Under the pieces are notes generated by a model that did not search any database, was not told the DNA's origin, and worked only from the letters and a program-made list of their open reading frames with translations. A stretch of DNA of 60,300 nucleotides, counting the filler, from Hausera hauseri (taxonomy: Eukaryota), in NCBI GenBank assembly GCA_046269625.1. It is 9 parts of 9 records of this genome, joined end to end, with 100 filler letters (N's around TTAATTAATTAA, not from the genome) between each part and the next. Parts side by side here need not be neighbours in the genome. Positions count along the whole stretch, not along the records: positions 34,971 to 44,445 come from JBJURY010364372.1; positions 44,546 to 50,655 come from JBJURY010139205.1; 7 more parts are not named here. One strand, given 5' to 3'. Both the position numbers and the translations under genes were made by a program. Within the stretch, counting starts at the first letter, position 1, and every line of letters starts with the position of its first letter. Shown one piece after another: positions 34,871 to 46,744 of the stretch.

Positions 34871-37800
34871 NNNNNNNNNNNNNNNNNNNNNNNNNNNNNN
34901 NNNNNNNNNNNNNNTTAATTAATTAANNNNNNNNNNNNNNNNNNNNNNNNNNNNNNNNNNNNNNNNNNNNAGTTAATGATCACAAAACAGACCCGTGAAG
35001 ATTTCGGACATATTTTATACCATACAGGTCCATTTCTGCTAAACCACCGATTTAACGAATATACGAAGGCGTTGACTCAGGCACAAAGGAATGATTCAAA
35101 AACGGATATTCGACTTGTGTCACCAGATCTGTATTCCCCTAGAATTGAACTCGACCTGAGAGGACATTGTGGCAATCCAAGCGGTCATTGGAGGGTTGTT
35201 GGCTGCAAAGCTTTGCATAGTTACACGCAGAAACAAGCCGGTTTGATTTTGAATGCTACAACTTTGCATTATTTTTTGCATCTTGGATATAGCCATATGG
35301 AGGGTTACACTAATAGAAAACGTAATGTTTGTAATTTTCAATCGGAAATTCTTTTGATTATGAATTAGTTGTTAATTTTGGATTTTTATTAGTTATATAT
35401 ATATATATATATATATTGAATTTTATTCTCGTTATTTTAAATGGTTTACTCAAATTATAAATTGATTTAATAAGATCTATTTATTACTTCGTAATAAAGC
35501 ATTGTCTGTAATGTTTATTGAAGAAACACACAAACTCATGACAATACTAACTCATTTGCATGCAGACACACATACGAGTGCAGCAAACTTACATGCTTTT
35601 TAAATTAATACCATGCCAATAGTGTAGAAATGCGGGTTGTGGATCACCCCCTCCCCCAGGAGCCAATACGAAGCGTGCTTGATGAGCACACTGGTACTGG
35701 GTTTATCAACTCGGCGAAGGAGATTTCAAAAATCACACCGGCAAAGGTACATGGAGCACTCCGAAAGCAGGGCAAGTGCATGAAAAATGCGGATGTGAGA
35801 AGGAAATGATGTATGGTCAAATGTGGAACATAGAAAAGATGAAATGGCGATGGCGCATCAAATGTCGAAGGAACGAAGTTGATCGGATGGCGCGCAGCCA
35901 CACGGGATGATTGAGATCCTGAACTCACATATGGTTTATGAGGAAGTGGAAAACATTATCGACCAACGGTTGATGGTCCCATAATAGTCGGCCTTTGAAT
36001 AGTCGAACAGAACGGAAACGGGCGACGCATGATGGAAGTATGGCGGTACAGACTCTGATGTGTGTGTGTGTGCACTGATGTTGGAATCCAGTGTTGAGTA
36101 GTATATGAAGCGAAGTCCTATGACGGGGGCTATTCAATAATGGTGTCCGAATGGAAGTAACCCATTCGTGAACGGAACAACGATGGAAAACGTCGAAAAT
36201 CGTTATAGGGTATACCTTGTGGAAAGGGAAAATATTTTTTCATCGAAATTCAACATAACCGGGTTCAATCGATCGGTCATCGTTTGCTAATTACGGATGT
36301 GTGTCGCAAAGTTTGTACGTATCTCCATCAACGTACAGAAGAGGAAAACGAATTTTCTATGCACATGTGAACTTTGAACACGAACTTTTATGTGGTTTTA
36401 GACAAATACTTTAGAAAAATATCGATTATTTTTTTCGGTTTTATGGATATATTTTGAAGTACATACATTTATATCACACACACACACACAAGATTAAATG
36501 AAAGGTAATGTAAGGCCATAGAATATGTGCGTTAAAACATAAAATAAGGAAACAAAATCAATTATTACTATATAGTAGCTAAAACGTTCATAATGACTAA
36601 AGTAAGATTAATTTCTCCATTTGATGAATTAAAAACAATTTAGTGTGAAACGTATACCAAATATTTTAATAACACGTGACATGAAGATCCGAAGATGTCT
36701 GTGATATGGATTGCATATTCGTGAAGATAAAATCCGATTAAAATAATATACGGATAAAAAATTCGATAAGAATGAAAATCCAACGAAACTTCTGGAACTT
36801 TAGATAATATCAAAAAATTGAACGAAGCAAGATTTATTACACCAAATTACAATTGTTTTTTTTTAAGTTTTTAATTCTTTACATAATCTATATTCAATAT
36901 TATAAGAGTATAAAATGTATTAACGGTATTAAAAGTATAAACAGTATTAAAAGTTAAACTCGATTCTTCAGTTTTGATCGCAAATTTAAAATATGCCAAA
37001 TGAACTTTATTTTGATCTTTATCTTTTGTCTGATAAAAAAATATTTTACAATAATACAAAAACGATTGTAGCCCGTAAAAAGGTATATAGCTCATATTTT
37101 CTGAAAGGAGCACAATGTCTGTTAAAGGAACACCTATGTCTAGTATCCATCAGAGTGTACAGTTAATTGGCTTATAGGAAACCACCATTATGTTTTACCA
37201 TATTTTCCTTTACTTGTTCTTGTAACAGGCATGGGAGATTTTGGCTCTTGATTGGTGGGATCATGCTTAACTCCGGCTTGTCTTATTGTATAACTAAACG
37301 ACCGTAAAATTACCAGTTCTGTTTGCGACTGAACGAGTTGGTTTTGTTGAAAACTGTGTCTCCTGTCGCATTGTTATAGATTATTAACCGACAAATTTAA
37401 GCTGTACAATCGTCGAGGCTCTTATTGGAACCATCCGAATTAACAGACTTTTTCGAACAAAACTGGTTACTTGGTATTGCTTTTAGACTTTTCTATCCTT
37501 TTGAACAATGTGATAATTAGGTGTGCCAGCTGATGTTGCTAGAAAATCAGCCGTTGTTTTTCTAATCTGCCTTCCATTTCCCGTTTTCTAATATAGAACT
37601 TTCGTATCTATCTTTCGAGTCTACTACTTCTGGACGATTATCGGTCTCTTGAACATCTTTTGCGATGTCTGCATTTCAAACGTTTTGTTTCCTCGAGGTT
37701 CTGCAGGATGTAACTGACGACTGCGATTGTTTCCACGTTGTATGAAATCAGCATTGAATTGGTAATAGGCGGCGGATAATTGAGCACGGATTTCTGATGT

Positions 37801-38093
37801 GTTCTCAAAGCGAGCATGTAGCGGCTCCCGAGTCGCGGCACCACAATACTCATGATCTTTATTCACCTGGTAGGAAATAATGTAGCCACTTCGGTTTAAT
37901 AGTCGTTCTCTCTAGGTGGTTCTCGTGATATTGAACTTGACCCTTGTTGTGTTTCCGGTTTATGTTAAGTTCTCCTGGGTTATAAACCGGCAACCTACAG
38001 GAAATATGTCTACGTGTTAAATGATTTGGGACGATTCGTTTACTCGCGTCTTCATATGGGGTTCCAGCCTCTTCATAAGGGGTTCACCGGAAT

Positions 38094-38795
38094 TCTGTTG
38101 TACAAGTGAGACAGGAAATAACTCATAAGAAAACTCTGTTACACATGGAACGAATTATCATTCGTCATCAGGCACGTAGAGATCACACAAATAATAAAAA
38201 ACTTAATGTTGGAATTAACATTTTCTTTGAAAATAAATCCAATGCCGTAAAGTTAATGCAGTTTCTACAAAACCATTTGTCATTACAATATGCAAAGTCA
38301 AAAAAATTTAAGTCACCAGACAACAATAACAATATGTACAATCACAAATGTACGTACTCTGTCGAAATTCTGGCAGTTCATAAAGATGATCTAGTTTGTT
38401 TAACGAAGACTTGAACACAACAAATAGGCATTTTGGATTTATTGTGTCTTGTGTTGCAAATCACCCATCAAAACCATTTGATTGATCTGTTAAGGGCAAA
38501 CATTCGATACAATAATGCGACCGTCTATATCAACAACCATTTTTCTGCCAGTGCACTAACTGGAAATTTGACTCAATTTCTCGTCCATAGCGTTGCACTG
38601 TGCCCACCACAAAAACTCAAATTGGTTGATTGTCATGTATCAAAAGATCATTTATTGTCTGATTTATACGTTTTACAATCTACTGGTATGCAAAAGGAAA
38701 TTCACATTAGATTACATCTAGAGAAGCTCTTAAAGTCCTGTGCCTTGTTTATAAGATACGACTTGCGTTGTTTGAACTGCAACAATGACGTTCTC
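38094..38795 (+). pseudogene. NMD3: NMD3 (60S export adaptor) internal fragment, disabled
   Basis: VQVRQEITHKKTLLHMERIIIRH..GINIFF..SKKFKSPDNNNNMYNHKCTYSVEILAVHKDDLVCL..HLID..RLHLEKLLK..YDLRCLNCNND. Confidence 0.85.
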
Positions 38796-39560
38796 GACGG
38801 CATAAGACTGTCTTGCTGCTATGTCGGTATGATGTTCATCAGTTTCTATTGGAATCTTGAAGACCACAGGAGCTACTCTACTAACTTTTTGCACTGGGGA
38901 GAGCCAAACATATGGTACGGTGTATCTAGCGAGAATGCCGATCAATTTGAAGTAGCAACGCCAAAGTAGGCACCAGAATTTTTCGAGAATCACGAAACTC
39001 TATTGCATTACATTACGATTATCATGAACACTAATATTCCAATGCAAGAAGGTTTTCCTATCTATCACACTAATTGGCAAACTAGACAGCTTGTTGCAAC
39101 CTTTCACCAGCTTTATTATACTAGGTTTAACCAGGGCTTCAATTTTGATAAATCCGTAAATTTCAGCTTTACAAATTGGCTACCAATGGTGCGGTCCTGT
39201 GTTGAACAACTTGTTAGACTTCGCCAACACTGTATCATCTCATATGAAGAATGGCTGTGCACGATAATTGAGCGAAAAACGCTACCTAACAGCCAAGTAT
39301 GGCACAAATATTCTCTACCATCTGACCTCAACATCAGTCGTACCTATATATGTTTGAACGCTAACATTCGGTGGACAGTGTATGCAGAACTTGATATCTT
39401 CGTGGAGGAAGAGAACGTCAAAAGAACGCGCCTAGCTAAATTCAATATGAAGAACCAAAGAAAAGTACTCCTTGAAAATTTGGCAGACAACGAGCGAGCC
39501 TACGCATCATATCAAACTACATGTTTTCTATCAGAGATTCAGTATTGCTATACCAATGAC
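38796..39560 (+). pseudogene. KDM5: KDM5/JARID1-family JmjC to C5HC2 fragment, disabled
   Basis: YVGMMFISFYWNLEDHRSYSTNFLHWGEPNIWYGV; FNQGFNFDKSVNF..NWLP..RSCVE; DNERA..TTCFLS. Both Fe-binding His positions are substituted and there is an in-frame TAG at 38967. Confidence 0.9.
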
Positions 39561-39749
39561 AAAACGAAGGCAACAAAGACTTGCTATGAATACGAAAGAC
39601 ATAGTCCGGTTCATTTGCTATATATTGTTGTAATGTTTTTTATCTGTGTACCCGAAACATACGTAACGTCTATGGATAAATCCAAGAAGACTTTCAATCA
39701 AAATTCGACGCCGATTTTTACCAGGCAATCGAATGCCACTCTGACAGTT

Positions 39750-42700
39750 GGGTTCTGCGAGAGGGATGCCTTTACCGCGCCCAATGTGTTTTCATTTTTC
39801 TTCCAGAACAAATATATATACGCATATTACACGCAAACAAACCACTCTACACCATCTGCATTCTCTTGTCACAAAACACATTCCCTTCAAAACCTTCTAC
39901 TTGCATGTCAACGGTTTCATTCTTCAACCCACAGACGACTCACTTTATACCACGCCTTTCCAATCTTTTCTTCACATCATAACCGTAACACCTCACCTTC
40001 TTGATGGTTTTGACATTAACCCAGATACTTCGGAGCATAAAAAACCTCACTCATATCCAGTCATAGTGGCAAAATCACCTTTCAACTCTTCGACATTCCA
40101 GTGTGTCGATTTTTTGGACAGCCAAAACTCCCCACGGATTTGGCTGGACTTCCATGCTCGTTGGATAAAAGCTCACAATCTGACAGATTCTTTCTTAAAA
40201 CCCAACAGTCTTCTTATTTACATTCCTTCTTCTTTAAGATCACGTTTATCAAATCTTGCGGATATCTTTGCTGGAGGGGATTCTCATAACTCACTTCACG
40301 CCGCAGTTCTAAAACTTACTGAACCATCTATTGATGAAATAATTCAAAAATTCTTTAATGAAAACGCATTAGGTCACACCAAACAGTCCGAATTTCTTCG
40401 CACATCCCTTTCACAGCTCACCACTCTGGGTGTAATGCAAGACCACAATGCTGCTCTCTTACGTCACTACTTTCTCCAACCCCTGCCGAAAGAGATCAGG
40501 GCCCTGCTTACTGTCGTTGGGGGCAGTGCTTCACTGGAAAAATTAGCTTAACTGGCTGACAAAAACTTTGATATACTACATACTCAAAATTCACCCAGCA
40601 TTGCAGCAGACTCACAACATCAACAACTTACAATCAACATACAATGTCGAATATTGATAATCAGCTGCAATCATTATACGCCGAAAACGTTGCATTAAGG
40701 CAAGCTATTACATCAATAACAGACAAATTGAATGAGATTATAGTGCCGCGCAGATGTTCAGGGAATCGATAACTCCCCACCAGATCAAATGGTTCTTCGC
40801 GCAACAATTCTCCTGTATGCTGCCACATCTACTTTTTTCATTCCAAATTTAAGCAACGCACCAACAAATGCGGCATAAAATGCAGATTTTATAATAAAAA
40901 CTTTACATCAAATGATTCCGTCTGCGTTTATCACAACAAATTTCGCGACAACGCTTGCAAATGCCTACCAGGCTGTAAATTTTACAATCCTTCGACACAG
41001 TCAAACTTACCAACGCATTAAAAAAACTAACAATGCCATCAGAAGTAAGGGCAACTTCTGGTCAAGGCGCAAACGCTGTATTAAACAGCCTTAACGCATT
41101 CATTGCTGTCTTTACACTGCAAGCTACCACTACGTCCAAAAGTTCTTCTATCTCTTTTCTAATTGACACTGGAGCTTCAGTGTCACTTCTTCCTATCTCT
41201 TATGAATCGCAAAAATCTTCTTCAATCCGTAAATTATTATTTACTGCCAATGGTGATCCGTTGCACACCATTGACACTGCACATCTCTGTTTTTCTCTGC
41301 CCAATTTTTTCAAACCTTTTTCTTGGAAATTCATTATAGCAAATGTACAAAGTCCAATCCTGGGATACGATTTTCTTTCACACTACAATTTGCTAGTTGA
41401 TTGCAGACGGCGTCGGTTGATGGAGAGCTCCACCTTTTGCTCTAAAGTTTTACCGGCTTCAAATATTTTGAATTCAGCTTCATCAGAACACCATTCTGCG
41501 ACCGATAACGATTTAACTCAATAAATTACTAAACACGACATAAAATCAATTTAAAAAGTGTGAATGTTCGGAATAATTCATATAATTGGATTGCGAGTGT
41601 TGAGAGTGGCGAGTCTTTTGCTTCCAACAATATAACACCAAACCAAACTACCTCAGTCACTGACAAACATGTGTCAACATTCCATTCATCTTTCGGCCAA
41701 TTATCAATGGATCTGCAAACATTTGTGACTACGCAGTGCCCAAGAATTCTTAAAAAAGAACCATGCTTTAAATGTCCCTGCAAAACATTTCACCACAGTT
41801 ACCTCTCATCAACGTCCAATTCGGCAAAAGTGCGACCTCTTTCATCACGTCGAAGAAAAGCTGTGGCTGAAGAGTTTAAACTTTAGAGAACGCTCGTATC
41901 ATCAGATGTTCTAATTCACCTTGGGCTTCACCGTTACACATCGTGCCCAAGAAGGACGGCACTTTTATACCTTGTGGTGACTATCGCCAACTAAACACTA
42001 TAACGATCATGGACGCATACTCCCTGCCACTGATCAATGACATATTGCACAGCGCCTGCACCAGAACAATCTCGAAGTGAACCTCACCAAATGCTCTTTT
42101 TTCCAACATAAGATCAACTTTTTTGGACACATTATCACCCAATCTGGCCACTCTCCCCAGCAAGACCGCATCACTCATCTCAGAATTGTCCATTTACCAC
42201 GCACATCAACAGAAATGCGCTCTTTTCTCGGAACGCTTCACTTCGTGCACAAGTATGTGCCTCATTGTTCAACACGCACGGCACCATTCTCCTCACTCAA
42301 CTCCGGTAAAAAAAACAGCTTGTCCACTGGACTGCTGACTTAGTCAATTCTTTCGAACACCTTAAAGATAATCTAAAAACTGTAGAAATCCTTGCATACC
42401 CTGACCCAAACTCGGAACTTTTCTTAACAGCGTACGCCTCCACAACAGCAGCAGGTGCAGTATTGCATCAATTTAAAGATGGTTCTCATCAACTTCTTGA
42501 ATTTTTCTCAAGAAAATTCATAAAAGTTGAACAACGTTATTCAACTTTTGATAGGGAACTTCTTGCAATGGTCCTAGCATTGAAGCATTTTAAACATCTG
42601 CTAATATCACGCACATTCACCATCCAAACGGACCATGAGCTCTTACTGCATATTCTCACAAAGAAACATCCATCTCCACGTCAGGAGAGACAGATATCGT

Positions 42701-44445
42701 ATCTCTCAACATTCGCATTTGAAATAAAACATATTTCAGTCGTTCATAATTTCGTGGCTGATTCTTTGTCGCGCTCCGTCGACTCGATCACGTTTGCGCC
42801 CATGTTTTACAATGAGTTACTTAAGCGAAACCAGCCAGATGATTCTATTCTGTCCGCTTTCAAGTCTGGCAAAATCATCGTTAACATAGTTTTGGAGATC
42901 TCTAATCCTGGATCTACCAAAATTATTTTATAACCTTCTTTGCAAAAAACTGCCTTCATCAATATCCATTCCTTCCAACATCCAGAATCCAAAGCTACTT
43001 ATCGCCTTCTTAAACGCCAAGTTATATGGCCATCAATGAAAGCAGATGTGCAGGATTGGGTTAGGGAGTGTGGCATTCGAGAAGTTTAAAGTAGCCAAAC
43101 ATTTCAAGCCGCCACTCTATCATTTTCCCTGCACATCACGTTTCGACACTGTCCACATCGACATAGTCGGACCTCTTACATCTGACAACGGCCATCAATT
43201 CATTCTTACAATGATGGATCGTGCATCTAGATGGCCAGAAGTCGTTCCACTTGGCTCAACCAACACTGAGACCATTGCAGATGTCTTCATACGCACATGG
43301 CTCAGCAGATTCGGCTCACCTAAGCACATAATCACTGATCAAAGCCCTCAATTTGAGTCGAATATTTTCAAATTATTAGTAAATCGACTTGGGATCAAAC
43401 ATATCCATACAACACCTTATCATCCTCAGTCAAATAGGCTACTGGAACGTTTTCATAGCACGATGAAAATTTCCCTTAAAATATTAGCAGACTCCAATCA
43501 ACACTGAGTAAACCTTCTTTCTTACATTCTACTTGGATGGCGGAACACACCATCCACAACCACTGGCTTCTTTCCGTCTGAGGAGCTTTTTGGTACACCA
43601 GTGCGTGCATTGTTCGATTTGGCGGCGTGTGATAAGACACACACTGACGAAACAATTCGAGCTGCACAGGAGCACTTTCTTATCCTAAACAACGATTTGT
43701 TCTGTAGAATTTTAAATCACAATAAGGCATACATTACCGACACTCTATATACAGCCAAGTTTGTCTGGCTAAAAAATCCACGGGTTCCAGCCTCAGTACG
43801 TTGGGCCTTTCAAATTAATACATCTGAAATCACATACTGCCATAATCCTCAAAAAAGGACAAAAATGCTCGGTGAATATCACTAACATCAAACCGGGATT
43901 TTTTAACGACGACAACCCTGACGATTCTGTTCCGCCTCGCAGCAGTTCTCTTCTTGATATTTTTTTCCAGCCTTCTATTCCACCTCACAACAAATCTCTC
44001 TTTGATCCTTCTCCTCAGCCTTCACTAAACCTTCAGTACTCTGATACTTCTTCAGCTCACAAACAATCCTGTCTTGATCCTTCTTTTCAACCTTCATCAA
44101 CCACACAATCTTCAGATTCTTTTTTACTTAACAATGACATTTCAGTTCATGTTTTTCCGCAAGCTTCTTTTCCAAGCCTTCAATCTTTCAAATCTACTTT
44201 ACCTTTATCCGTCACTTTGTCTTTAACTCATCTTCCTTCACAATCTTCATTTTCTTTGACACATAAAATCAAACACTACACCCAAAAATCTAATAAATAT
44301 TTCACCCTTACATACACCTCTGCAATTGAACATAAACAAAACATGCAGTCACATTTAGTATGTATAGCAGGAAAAAATCATTAGAAGGTATTCAACGTCT
44401 TGTTCGCACTAAGACTTACTAAAATAAACACTTCTTTTTTGGCGC
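39750..44445 (+). mobile_element. CsRn1-like Ty3/Gypsy copy D (Ubl-gag, PR, RT with central deletion, RNase H, integrase)
   Basis: TFYLHVNG..TPHLLDG; FLQPLPKEIRALL; FLIDTGASVSLLP; PCGDYRQLN..DILH joined directly to NLEVNLTKC (YxDD region missing, ~42055); YSTFDRELLA; HIDIVGPL; YHPQSN. Confidence 0.94.
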
Positions 44446-44974
44446 NNNNNNNNNNNNNNNNNNNNNNNNNNNNNNNNNNNNNNNNNNNNTTAATTAATTA
44501 ANNNNNNNNNNNNNNNNNNNNNNNNNNNNNNNNNNNNNNNNNNNNTAAATACTGTTTAATGCATTTACCATACAATCGTTTAATTAGCTGCTCGCAGTTG
44601 CATATAATATATTCCTGGGCGGTGAAAGCATGATTTTATATCTTGTACATCACATTTCATATATCATATCCCATGGTATATTCTATATTTCATACATAGT
44701 ATTGTGTATTTCATCTTGTTTTCACATATCTGACATAATACCGGATTCTCCATATACCCATTCTTATATGTCTATGCTTAAAGATTTTAACATTTTTGTA
44801 TCCTTTTCCTTGAAATTCACAGTTTATTAATATACACAAACAAGTACCGTGAAATTATATATAGGTAATTTAATGGACAACGGTGCACTGAACCATACCA
44901 AATTTAGAATTTCATTAAGGTTTTCATATATGCTGAATACAATTAAGTAGCCAAATGATTCGAATAATTTACGT

Positions 44975-45700
44975 TTGATCGATTTTCCGAGTTCGAATCG
45001 ATAATTATTCGATTTCGAATAATGTATTCGAATATCTGACAATGAATTCGGATTCTCCATATACTGTTTCCTATCTATGTGCGGTTGAAGATTTATCGAT
45101 TTCAGCATGCTTCACCTTCAGTTTCACCCTCAATTGTGCATTCAAAATAAGCACCGTTTAATTACTTAGTATTTTATGTACTTTTTACATGTTAGTAAAC
45201 CGTGTTTTAATACACGGCGGTGCGATGCACCGCACCGATATTAATTGCCCTATATGTTTTCGCGCATGGAGAATCCATTAAAGCAATCAGAGTCTTCGAA
45301 TAACGTACGGTTGACCGAATTTTCGAGTTCGAATAGCTAAAAATTCGACTTGGAAGCCCGAATTCGAATATCTGATGCCATACTCCTATTCGACATGCAT
45401 GCTTTCCTATATGTGCGCGCTTAAGGATTTATCGATTTCCGCTCCACTGGACTTTAAAGGCACATTTTGCTTAATTCGAAATATTGATTTTGTACCTATA
45501 TAGAACATTTTCAGGGATTAACTTTAATGCATAAGGGGTTTTCTGATATGAGAAATCGATTTCCGTTGTCAGATTTTTCGGAAAGTTCGATATTCGATAT
45601 TCGAGCTTGAAAATATCCGAATTTCGAATATTCGACTCGATATTTGAGATCACCATACTCGACTTCCTATCTGTCCTCGCTAAATGTTGTATCGAATTTT
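44975..45700. repeat. Three diverged copies of a ~130-140 bp TCGA-rich unit
   Basis: Shared CGAGTTCGAAT..ATTCGA..TTCGAATATCTGA..TTCCTAT..TTTATCGATTTC at ~44980 and ~45316, with a weaker copy at ~45590. Confidence 0.7.
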
Positions 45701-45764
45701 GACTCCTTATGACCTAAAAAGACTGTGAAGTCTGCACCAGTTGCATTTTGGATCGATATTATTC

Positions 45765-46065
45765 AAAAATCAATCGATAAATTTAAATTCTAATTGCATA
45801 TTCATATAGTGCGTCGTATTTCCAATCGATTGCACCCGGTCACATGTCCTAATCATCAATATTGGAAACATCGGAAATCCGATATTATTGATTTTCACAC
45901 ACTTGCGCATGTGTTGTGCACCTGCACAGTGCATATCAAGATGCATCTCGACATGCTCTATCCACTAGCACTTGGCCCCGATCAATTCCATCAATCCTAG
46001 GATGTATAACTACAAAAATGTGAAAAGTGTAAAAGTGCCTAGGCAACGGTGCCTAACGGCACCTC
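45765..46065. repeat. Diverged direct repeat of 46198-46490
   Basis: Shared TTTAAATTC..CGATTGCACCCGGT..CTAATCATCAATATTGGAAAYATCGGAAATCCGATATTATTGATTTT..GCAACGGTGCCTAA; offset about 430 bp. Confidence 0.85.
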
Positions 46066-46151
46066 CATAATGAGCATTTTCCAATCGGTAGTGCACCGGG
46101 TGAACTACCGACTAGAACATGTCAAGTATCGAATCTACAGATTTTTATTTT

Positions 46152-46619
46152 ATACTGGAAAGGCCTGTGGCGGTTCTGTCCCAGTTGTCATTTATTCGAG
46201 AACCAATTGATAGATTTAAATTCAAATTGCACATTCGTATAGAGAATCGATTTTGCACTCGATTGCACCCGGTACCATATGCTAATCATCAATATTGGAA
46301 ATATCGGAAATCCGATATTATTGATTTTTGCACACTTGCACATGTGCAGTGCACCTTCGCTGTGCACTATTGTGCACTATCGATTAGCACTTTGTTCCGA
46401 TCGATTCGATCAATACTGCACTGTGCCCCGATCGCTTTGTAAAATGTGCAAAAATGTGCTTAGCAACGGTGCCTAAAGGCACGGCTGCCTAGAACACTAT
46501 CGATCGATAGTGATCCATGTGCACTATCGATTGGTACAAGCGCAAAACATGTTTTATGGATTACCCTCTCCCTGTGGGGGTGGGACAGAACCGCCATTTT
46601 CTACCTACTCAGCTAGTAT
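46152..46619. mobile_element. Non-autonomous element with subterminal inverted repeats (MITE- or Helentron/DINE-like)
   Basis: Perfect 16-bp IR TGGCGGTTCTGTCCCA (46168-46183) / TGGGACAGAACCGCCA (46581-46596); ends ATACTGG..CTAGTAT in T-rich flanks. Confidence 0.62.
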
Positions 46620-46744
46620 TTCACAAATCTATGTATAATGTACATTCTTTATTTTCTATCCCAACCGTATGCTAAAAAAGAATTTTATAAGTGACACGAA
46701 AATATGACAAACGCACACATTAATAGCCTAGCATGATAGTGGTA

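Noticed and set aside
35644-36137. Possible SWIM zinc finger (minus-strand FSCTCPAF..CAH)
   Set aside because: Interrupted by several stops with no supporting context.
37140-38090. Coding-like minus-strand segment
   Set aside because: No recognisable motif in any frame; cannot be assigned.
39600-40004. 333-aa ORF 39003-40004 as a functional KDM5-Gag fusion
   Set aside because: JmjC metal ligands are lost, an upstream stop is present, and most of the overlap is out of frame with Gag.
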